Shown: one piece after another, positions 25,030-32,000 of the stretch | How the letters are laid out: the number at the start of each line of letters is the position of its first letter | Position numbering within the stretch: position 1 is the stretch's first letter | NCBI RefSeq assembly: GCF_016127575.1 | Contig: NZ_CP066019.1 | Location: forward strand, 2,040,001-2,072,000 | Reading direction: 5' to 3' | Length of the DNA stretch: 32,000 nucleotides | From: Cupriavidus necator | Lineage (GTDB): Bacteria; Pseudomonadota; Gammaproteobacteria; Burkholderiales; Burkholderiaceae | The notes under the pieces: generated by a model | What the model was told of the DNA's origin: nothing | Database searches by the model: none | Seen by the model: only the letters and a program-made list of their open reading frames with translations | Made by a program: the position numbers and the translations under genes

Positions 25030-26475
25030 ATGCAAGCCGTAGCCCCCCGCAGCAGCCTCCTTGCCGGCGAGCAGTCCACCGCGCCCACCCGGCCGTACGA
25101 CCCCGCCTACGATCCCCTGCACACACCCACCCCCGGTCACGGCCGCGAATACGCGCCCACCTACTGGATCGGCACCGCGGGCGAACCGCCCGCCGACGAC
25201 GGCCCGATCACGCATGACATCGACGTGGATGTGGCGATCATCGGCTCGGGCTTCACCGGCCTGACCTGCGCCATCTTCCTGGCACAGGAATACGGCATCA
25301 AGGCCACCGTGCTCGAAGCCAACCGCGTCAGCTGGGGTTGCAGCACGCGCAACGGCGGCCAGGCGCAATGCGCGTCCGGGCGGCTCAAGCGCTCGCAGTG
25401 GATCCAGCGCTACGGCCTGGACACCGCGCTGCGCCTGCATGAAGAAATCTGCGACGGCATGGAGACCTTCAAGGGCCTGATCCAGGACATCAACTGCGAT
25501 CCGCAGCCTGGCGGCCACCTGTATATCGCGCACCGCGCCAAGGTGATGCCGGCGCTGGAGAAGGAAGCCAAGCTCCTGCGCGAAGTCTTCAAGTACGACG
25601 CACGGATCATGGACGCCGACACCGTGCGGCGCGACTATGTCGACGACAAGGAAGCCGCGGGCGCCATGCATGAGCCCGAAGGCATCGGCATCCACGCCGG
25701 CAAGCTCGCCTTCGGCTACCTGCGCCGCGCGCGCGAGCTGGGCGCCAAGGTGCATCCGTCCAGCCCGGTGACCGGCTGGGAAACGCGCAACGGCGTGCAC
25801 TACCTGCGCACCCCCGGCGGCATCGTGCGCGCCCGCGCCGTGGGCGTGGCCACCGGCGGCTATACCTCGCAGACGCTGCACCGCGAGCTCAAGAACCGGC
25901 TGTTCCCGATCCTGTCGAACTCCATCGTCACGCGCCCGCTCACGGCCAGCGAACTGGCCGCGTGCAACTTCCGCACCACGCAGGTCATCACCGACACCCG
26001 CATCCTGCGCCACTACTACCGCCTGATGCCAGATGGCCGCCTGCAGATCGGCAGCCGCAGCGCCATCACCGGCAACGATGCGCCGCAGGAGCAGTACAAG
26101 CAGAAGCTGATCGACGACATGCACCGCAAGTTCCCCGCGCTGCAGGGGATCCAGGTCGATTACTCGTGGTGGGGCTGGGTCGATGTCAGCCACGACATGA
26201 TGCCGCGCATCACCCAGCCGGATCCGGCCCAGTCGATCTACTACGCCATGGGCTACGGCGGCAACGGCGTGATGTACTCCGCGCAGGCCGGCAAGCGCCT
26301 GGCGGCGCTGATCGCCGGCAAGGCCGCCGCGCTGCCGGAACTGCCAATCTTCCGCTCGCCGCTGCCGTTCCCGAACGTGCGCGAGATGGTGGAATCGCAG
26401 ATGTTTGCGCCGTTCCGAAGGATGGGGCAGCGGGTGCTGTACCACTGGTATCACCTGAAGGACGACGTGCTGTAA
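25030..26475 (+). CDS. FAD-dependent oxidoreductase, DAO family (gamma-glutamylputrescine oxidase PuuB/OrdL-like)
   Basis: 481 aa. Dinucleotide motif DVAIIGSGFTGLTCA, then WGCSTRNGGQ, with GYGGNGV near the C-terminus. Confidence 0.85.
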   Translation: MQAVAPRSSLLAGEQSTAPTRPYDPAYDPLHTPTPGHGREYAPTYWIGTAGEPPADDGPITHDIDVDVAIIGSGFTGLTCAIFLAQEYGIKATVLEANRVSWGCSTRNGGQAQCASGRLKRSQWIQRYGLDTALRLHEEICDGMETFKGLIQDINCDPQPGGHLYIAHRAKVMPALEKEAKLLREVFKYDARIMDADTVRRDYVDDKEAAGAMHEPEGIGIHAGKLAFGYLRRARELGAKVHPSSPVTGWETRNGVHYLRTPGGIVRARAVGVATGGYTSQTLHRELKNRLFPILSNSIVTRPLTASELAACNFRTTQVITDTRILRHYYRLMPDGRLQIGSRSAITGNDAPQEQYKQKLIDDMHRKFPALQGIQVDYSWWGWVDVSHDMMPRITQPDPAQSIYYAMGYGGNGVMYSAQAGKRLAALIAGKAAALPELPIFRSPLPFPNVREMVESQMFAPFRRMGQRVLYHWYHLKDDVL

Positions 26476-26480
26476 CTGGC

Positions 26481-26512
26481 GCGTGGGCGTGCCGCCCCTG
26501 GCGCGCCCACGC
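26481..26512. terminator. Hairpin (9-bp GC-rich stem GCGTGGGCG/CGCCCACGC, 14-nt loop) between convergent oxidase and SDR genes
   Basis: Read from the sequence. No U-tract on either side. Confidence 0.3.
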
Positions 26513-26524
26513 TTCAGGCCTCGC

Positions 26525-27298
26525 TCAGAACAGCGTGTAGCCCCCGTCGATCACAAAGGTATCGCCCGTGTGGTAGGCCGACGCCGGACTCATCAGATAG
26601 ACCGCAATCCCGGCGAAGTCGCTGCCCTCGCCCCAGCGGCGCATCGGCACGCGCTTGTGCACCATCTCCTGGAAGGCATCGTTGCCCTGGGCCACGCTGG
26701 TCATCTCGGTCTTGATCCAGCCCGGCAGGATCGAGTGCGCGCGGATGCCCTTGCGCGCGTACTCCACCGCCAGCCCCCGCATCATCGAGATCACGCCGCC
26801 CTTGGTGGCGGCATAGTGCTCGGAGCGCGGCGCGCCTTCTATGGCCGCGACCGAGGCCGTGCTGCACAGCACGCCACCCTCGCCCTGCACCAGCATCTGC
26901 CGCACCGCGGCGCGCAGCGTGAAGAAGGCACCGTCCAGGTTGACGCGCATGGTCCTGCGCCAGGCCTCGGTGGCCATCTGGTCGAACGGCCCCTTGTTGC
27001 CGCTGCCCACGCCGGCATTGGCAAAGCAGCCGTCAATACGCCCCAGCGCCGCCACCGTGCGCTGCATGGCAGCATCGACCGCCTGCTCGTCGCCGACGTC
27101 GCAAAGCTCGGTATGCACCTTGCGCCCATGCTGGGCCAGGTGGTCGGCGGCGGCGGCGTTCTTGGCGGCATTCGTGCCCCAGATCGCGATATCGGCGCCG
27201 GCCGCGGCCAGCCCTTCGGCAATGCCCAGGCCGATGCCGCCGTTGCCGCCGGTCACCAGTGCCACTTTGCCGCTCAGGTCGAATGGATGCTTTGTCAT
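26525..27298 (-). CDS. Short-chain dehydrogenase/reductase (SDR)
   Basis: 257 aa from MTKHPFDLSGKVALVTGGNGGIGLG (GAGGAGA RBS). NAG motif and YAATKGG catalytic motif. The listed ORF extends to 27412. Confidence 0.9.
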   Translation of the reverse strand: MTKHPFDLSGKVALVTGGNGGIGLGIAEGLAAAGADIAIWGTNAAKNAAAADHLAQHGRKVHTELCDVGDEQAVDAAMQRTVAALGRIDGCFANAGVGSGNKGPFDQMATEAWRRTMRVNLDGAFFTLRAAVRQMLVQGEGGVLCSTASVAAIEGAPRSEHYAATKGGVISMMRGLAVEYARKGIRAHSILPGWIKTEMTSVAQGNDAFQEMVHKRVPMRRWGEGSDFAGIAVYLMSPASAYHTGDTFVIDGGYTLF

Positions 27299-27429
27299 GT
27301 GATTGTCTCCTCGGGGGGTGGGACATTGTTCACATGGCGAAGGGTTCAAGGCGTCGTCGGAATGGATGAAATCGCCGAGGCAGGTGACGGGCGCCGGACC
27401 GGCCATGGCCACCGCCGCCCCATGACAGC

Positions 27430-28404
27430 CTAAAGAGCGGCTCCCTGACTGGCATCCTTATGCCCGGCAAATTCACCCGGCGTACATCCGAAATGCCGCT
27501 TGAACCGCCGTCCAAAGTGAGACTGGTCGGCGAAACCGACAAGCGTGGCAACCAATGCCAACGGATAGTCTCCCGAGCGGATCATCTCGCGCGCGCGCAG
27601 CAAGCGAACGCGCTCGACATACGCCATCGGCGTTTCGCCGATGCTGCGCTTGAACATGCGCGCAAAATGAAAGCGGCTGACATTGGCCATATCCGCCAGC
27701 GCCTGCAGCTTCACCGCCTCCGGTGTACCGTGGATATAGTCCAGGACCCTGCTGAGGGCCTGCGGATGGAGCCCGCCGGGAAGTGACGAGGCGCCCGGGT
27801 CACTGACATTGAAGCGATGCACTAGATGCGCCGACAGCGCGCAGGAAAGGGACTCGGCGATCAGCATTTGCGCCGGATGCGCGACCGCCTGGATCTCTCG
27901 CGCCAGCGTAAAGGTAATAGTCTCGGCGAAGCCGTCGCGCTGCCCGAAGCAATTGCGGAGCCTGTGCGCGGCGCGTGGCTGGCGGATCGTGGCATCAGCG
28001 GCTTCGGCCAGCAGGCTTTGCGGAATCCTCGCAATGACGATGGAACCGGGCCTGTCCCAACTCCAGCTGGATTCGACCAGCCGCGGGTGCAGGCTGATAT
28101 TGCCGGGAACGACGATGCCGCGATGCACCTGGCCCAGTCGCCGCTGCTCAAGCCTGGCGTGTCCCGCGAGTCGCATCGCAAGCATGTCGTGGTCCAGCTC
28201 CGGAGAGGACACCGATCCGGCCGAGCGCCAGTGATGGATCTGCACGGTGATGCCAGCCCACGGGCGTCCGCTGCTGCTGACATCGGGACGAACCGGCAAC
28301 TCCGCATCGATCACGCCATGTCTCGTCGGCGATCGCATAGGCACATACCCCGCAAGGGCCCACAACGGTAGCGTCGGGGCAAGGGTCAGGTCCCCGCTGC
28401 GCAT
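27430..28404 (-). CDS. AraC-family transcriptional regulator
   Basis: C-terminal double HTH (ANVSRFHFARMFKRSIGETPMAYV...GFADQSHFGRRFKRHFGCTPGEF). Start uncertain among ATG 28473, 28404 and 28338. Codons between 28473 and 28405 are AT-rich and atypical for this DNA. Confidence 0.8.
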   Translation of the reverse strand: MRSGDLTLAPTLPLWALAGYVPMRSPTRHGVIDAELPVRPDVSSSGRPWAGITVQIHHWRSAGSVSSPELDHDMLAMRLAGHARLEQRRLGQVHRGIVVPGNISLHPRLVESSWSWDRPGSIVIARIPQSLLAEAADATIRQPRAAHRLRNCFGQRDGFAETITFTLAREIQAVAHPAQMLIAESLSCALSAHLVHRFNVSDPGASSLPGGLHPQALSRVLDYIHGTPEAVKLQALADMANVSRFHFARMFKRSIGETPMAYVERVRLLRAREMIRSGDYPLALVATLVGFADQSHFGRRFKRHFGCTPGEFAGHKDASQGAAL

Positions 28405-28783
28405 GAAAGCATATGAATTTATCCGGTTGAAGTAAAGCGGCCCGCACAATCCGCGGGACCTGACGCAAGCCATGCCGGCTGGTCCTCCTTTTCATACCTA
28501 TCATCCAACGAGTCAGCGCAAGAATCGTCCAGCGCAGCGCAACCACGTTCTATTGCGATGACCGCCGGTGCCTGTAGCGTTTCAACGACTGTCCCACCAG
28601 TCCGAGGCAGCCACACACCTTCCGGTCCCGAGGCAGGCCAGTGTCAGGCCAAACCTGCAGAGACTTGCAGAATGCGCCCCCAGTCGTTCCGGCAGTTCGC
28701 TGCCGAAGCTGGCGCAGGCCCGGGCGAAGTCCCTGTCCCCAACCGCCCGAATCATCCGGGCTATGCAAAGAGGAATGTCGACT

Positions 28784-29317
28784 ATGTCCAGTTCTGTTCG
28801 TTCCGACGCAAGCCAACCACAGCCTGGCGATAGCTACGGCTCAACCCGCATGCCGCTGTGCCTGACGGTCAACGGCACGCTGCATCGCCTCGATATCGAT
28901 CCGCGCGAATCCCTGCTTGACGTACTGCGCGAGCGCCTGGACCTCACGGGCACGAAGAAGGGCTGCAACCAGGGCGCGTGCGGGGCCTGCACGGTGCTGG
29001 TGGACGGGCGCCGGATCAACGCCTGCCTGGCTTTGGCCGCCATGTACAACGACGCCCACGTGAGCACGATCGAAGGCCTGTCGTCGGCCGACGGCGAGCT
29101 GCATCCGCTACAGGCCGCATTTATCGCGCACGATGGCTTCCAATGCGGATTCTGTACGGCAGGCCAGATCATGTCCGGCGTCGCCTGCATCAATGAGGGT
29201 CATGCCACCTCCGCCGACGATGTGCGCTTCTGGATGAGCGGCAATATCTGCCGTTGCGGGGCTTACCCGGGGGTCGTCGCGGCGATCGCCGAGGTCGGCG
29301 GGAGGATGCTGCCATGA
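28784..29317 (+). CDS. Xanthine-dehydrogenase-family [2Fe-2S] small subunit (PaoA/YagT-like)
   Basis: GCNQGACGACTV and CGFCTAGQIM...CRCGAY motifs. AGAGGA 9 nt before ATG 28784; alternatives at 28763 and 28775. Confidence 0.85.
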   Translation: MSSSVRSDASQPQPGDSYGSTRMPLCLTVNGTLHRLDIDPRESLLDVLRERLDLTGTKKGCNQGACGACTVLVDGRRINACLALAAMYNDAHVSTIEGLSSADGELHPLQAAFIAHDGFQCGFCTAGQIMSGVACINEGHATSADDVRFWMSGNICRCGAYPGVVAAIAEVGGRMLP

Positions 29318-30291
29318 TCCCGTTCACACTGCAGAAAGCCGGCTCGGAAGCTGAAGCGCTGGCGGCGGCCGCGGCCGGGGCCCGCTTCATCGCCGGCGGC
29401 ACCACGCTGGCGGACCTGATGCGCGAGCACGTGGAACAGCCCACGCAACTGGTAGACATCAACGCGCTGCCGCTGAACCATATCCGCATGGAGGGCGACG
29501 AGCTGGTCATCGGCGCGCTGGCCCGCATGTCCGATGTCGCCGCGCATCCCGACGTTTGCCGGCTCCACCCGGTGATCGCCGAGTCGCTGGTCGAGGGCGC
29601 CTCTCCCCAGTTGCGAAACATGGCCAGCATCGGCGGCAACCTGCTCCAGCGCGTGCGCTGTCCTTACTTCCGCATGCTCGATGCCGCCTGCAACAAGCGC
29701 ACCCCGGACAGCGGCTGCGCGGCCATCGACGGGTTGCACGCGGGCAATGCCATCCTGGGCGCCAGCGACCATTGCTCCGCAACGCATCCGTCCGACCTTG
29801 CGGTTGCCCTGGTCGCGCTGGACGCGGTGGTCCACGTACGGGGTCCGCACGGCGCGCGCCATTTCCGCGTGGAAGACCTTTACCGCCTGCCCGGAACCAC
29901 GCCGCATCTCGAACACACCTTGCAGGCCGGCGAACTCATTGCCGAGGTGCGAGTTCCACCGCTCGCCTATGCACGGACTGCGCGCTATCTGAAAGTGCGG
30001 GACCGGGCCTCGTATGAGTTTGCCCTGGTATCTGCCGCGGCAGCCTTCGAGGTCAGGGATGGCGTGATCCAGGCCGCTCGCCTCGCATGCGGTGGCGTGG
30101 GCACCCGGCCATGGCGCATGCGCGCGGCCGAACTCGCGCTGCAAGGCAGGCCGCCCACGCGCGCGAGCTTCGAGGCGGCAGCGCTTACCACGATTGCAGG
30201 CGCCACCCCGCTGCCAGGTAACCACTACAAGGTCGCGCTGCTGCAACGAACGGTGGTACGGGCCCTCGAACTCGCAGGAGAAGGCAGATGA
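29314..30291 (+). CDS. Xanthine-dehydrogenase-family FAD-binding subunit (PaoB/YagS/CoxM-like)
   Basis: 325 aa from MIPFTL. FIAGGTTLADLM motif. Its ATG overlaps the upstream stop (ATGA at 29314-29317). Confidence 0.85.
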   Translation: MIPFTLQKAGSEAEALAAAAAGARFIAGGTTLADLMREHVEQPTQLVDINALPLNHIRMEGDELVIGALARMSDVAAHPDVCRLHPVIAESLVEGASPQLRNMASIGGNLLQRVRCPYFRMLDAACNKRTPDSGCAAIDGLHAGNAILGASDHCSATHPSDLAVALVALDAVVHVRGPHGARHFRVEDLYRLPGTTPHLEHTLQAGELIAEVRVPPLAYARTARYLKVRDRASYEFALVSAAAAFEVRDGVIQAARLACGGVGTRPWRMRAAELALQGRPPTRASFEAAALTTIAGATPLPGNHYKVALLQRTVVRALELAGEGR

Positions 30292-32000
30292 ACGCAAACC
30301 ATATCGGCCAGCCGCATGCCCGCGTCGACGGGCGCGCCAAGGTGACCGGCAGCGCGCGGTATGCCGCCGACTTCAACCAGCCAGGACAGGCCTACGCGGT
30401 GATCGTGGGCGCTTCGATCGGACTCGGTCGCGTGATCGCACTCGACGCCGAAGCCGCGCGCCGACTGCCAGGGGTACTGGCGGTACTGACGCACGAAAAC
30501 GCGCCGAAACTGGCGTACGCCCCACACAAGGGCTTTATCGATCCGGAACACGGCGAACGTCTGCATGTCCTGCAGGACGATCACGTCCGCTTCTATGGCC
30601 AGCCGGTTGCCGTGGTCGTGGCGCAGACGCTGGACCAGGCCGAGCATGCGGCCTGCCTGCTGCTGATTCGCTATGCCGAGGAATCACCGGTCTCCGACCC
30701 GCTCGACCAGCGCGCCGAAGCCGTGGTGCCGGAGGCGGGACGCGAACCAGGCCCCCATTCGGCGGACCGGGTCCGCGGCGACCCCGAGGCCGCGCTGGCG
30801 GCGGCTGCCGTCAGCATCGACGCCACCTACGATGCCGCGCGAGAAAATCACTTCCCGATCGAACCGAACGCCACCGTTGCCGCCTGGCAAGGCGACCAGC
30901 TGACGCTCTGGAGCAAGAGCCAGTTCGTGATCAACGAGCAGGCCGAGATCGCGGCGATCCTCGGCATCCCGACTGAGAACGTCCACGTCATCTGCCCGTT
31001 TATCGGCGGCGCCTTCGGCACCAGCCTGCGCACCTGGCCGCATGTCACGCTGGCGGCAGTCGCCGCGCGCGAAGTGGGCAAGCCCGTCAAGCTGGTGCTG
31101 TCGCGGCGACAGATGTTCCATCAGACGGGGCACCGGCCGCGCACCGTGCAGCGCATTGCGCTGTCGGCAACGCCCGACGGCAGGCTGACCGGCATCGTGC
31201 ACGAAGGCACCGGCGAAACCAGCCGCCATGAGCAGTTCACCGAGGCACTCACTGCGGTGACGCCGTTCCTCTATCGCTGTCCCAATGTGCGCACTCGCTA
31301 CCGGCTGGTGCCGCTGGACATCGGCACGCCGACCTTTATGCGGGGTCCGGGCGAGGCCACCGGCGTCTTTGCGCTGGAATGCGCGATGGACGAGCTGGCC
31401 TACGCCCTCGAGATGGATCCGCTGGAACTGCGGCGGCGCAATGAACCCGGGCTCGACGAGGGCATGCAACTGCCGTTCTCCAGTCGCTCCATGCTTGCCT
31501 GCTACGAACGCGGCGCCGACGCGTTCGGCTGGTCCCGCCGCACGCTCTCGCCCGGCTCGATGCGGGACGGCCGCCTGCATATCGGCTGGGGGATGGCCTG
31601 TGCCAGCTACCCGGTCTTCCACGGCCAGGCCAGCGCCCGCGTGCGCCTGCTTGCCGACGGAACGGCCGAAGTCGAAGCCGCCGCCAGCGACATGGGGCCC
31701 GGCACCTACACCTCGATCACGCAGATTGCCGCCGAGACGCTGGGCCTGCCGATGGACAGCGTGCGCTTCAGCCTTGGCCGTTCGGATTTCCCACCTACCC
31801 CGCCGCACGGGGGCTCGATGACCCTCGCGTCCGTCGGCTCGGCCGTGCGCGCGGCCTGCATTGCCGCGCTGGACCAGCGCCAGGCGCGCGCGGATCGCAC
31901 GGACGGCGCCATCGAAGCGAGCGCCACGGCAGGCCCGGATGGCGAGGTGCGCAGCCGGTTTTCCATGCATGCCTTCGGTGCCGTGTTCGTCGAAGTCGCC
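30288..32000 (+). CDS. Xanthine-dehydrogenase-family molybdopterin-binding large subunit (PaoC/YagR-like), 5' part, truncated by the window edge
   Basis: Frame translated by hand: MNANHIGQPHARVDGRAKVTGSARYAAD..., ENHFPIEPNATVA, FIGGAFGT, MRGPGEATGVFALECAMDELA. Open to base 32000. Its ATG overlaps the upstream stop (ATGA at 30288-30291). Not in the ORF track because no stop is reached. Confidence 0.85.
   Translation, partial: MNANHIGQPHARVDGRAKVTGSARYAADFNQPGQAYAVIVGASIGLGRVIALDAEAARRLPGVLAVLTHENAPKLAYAPHKGFIDPEHGERLHVLQDDHVRFYGQPVAVVVAQTLDQAEHAACLLLIRYAEESPVSDPLDQRAEAVVPEAGREPGPHSADRVRGDPEAALAAAAVSIDATYDAARENHFPIEPNATVAAWQGDQLTLWSKSQFVINEQAEIAAILGIPTENVHVICPFIGGAFGTSLRTWPHVTLAAVAAREVGKPVKLVLSRRQMFHQTGHRPRTVQRIALSATPDGRLTGIVHEGTGETSRHEQFTEALTAVTPFLYRCPNVRTRYRLVPLDIGTPTFMRGPGEATGVFALECAMDELAYALEMDPLELRRRNEPGLDEGMQLPFSSRSMLACYERGADAFGWSRRTLSPGSMRDGRLHIGWGMACASYPVFHGQASARVRLLADGTAEVEAAASDMGPGTYTSITQIAAETLGLPMDSVRFSLGRSDFPPTPPHGGSMTLASVGSAVRAACIAALDQRQARADRTDGAIEASATAGPDGEVRSRFSMHAFGAVFVEVA

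Noticed and set aside
28655-28670. Short inverted repeat CTGCA-N6-TGCAG in the AraC / Mo-hydroxylase intergenic region.
   Set aside because: It has only 5-bp arms, occurs once and has no second copy. It is not distinguishable from chance.
1-32000. Possibility that the accessory-looking block is a mobile or horizontally acquired island, or contains CRISPR or defence genes.
   Set aside because: I saw no integrase, transposase, tRNA target, flanking direct repeats, CRISPR-like repeat array or GC-content break. Composition is uniform apart from short promoter regions.

Overview
High-GC (about 65-70%), densely coding chromosomal DNA that looks betaproteobacterial (Cupriavidus/Ralstonia-like; this is inference from composition and gene order only). 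I saw no rRNA, tRNA, CRISPR array, transposase or integrase. The window has four parts. (1) 725-4505 holds the C2-sulfonate desulfonation operon xsc-pta-tauE: sulfoacetaldehyde acetyltransferase, phosphate acetyltransferase and a DUF81 sulfite exporter. (2) 4538-17359 is an unassigned block of about 13 kb in four transcription units. The units are amidase + MFS; PqqC/TenA-like putative diiron oxidase + aldehyde DH + GlcG + [2Fe-2S]-FNR reductase + GntR regulator; a second TauE/SafE permease + ornithine cyclodeaminase-family enzyme; and a large permease + ferredoxin + small unknown ORF + ferredoxin. Their promoter regions share a GTATAC-cored operator, including an exact 19-nt inverted copy and an 11-mer present three times. 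(3) 17446-21074 holds an orphan cobS-cobT-like AAA+/vWA pair behind an IclR regulator. The iclR upstream region carries two boxes that closely resemble a box directly upstream of xsc, 20 kb away. (4) 21394-32000 holds a GabP-like permease, a MocR regulator, a SnoaL-like protein, a PuuB-like FAD oxidase, an SDR, an AraC regulator and a PaoABC-like molybdenum hydroxylase that is cut by the right edge. The most interesting hypothesis is that 0.7-21 kb forms one two-tier-regulated organosulfonate/amide catabolic island, built around a heme-oxygenase-like diiron enzyme with dedicated redox partners. All functional calls come from reading the translated ORFs by eye; no searches were run.
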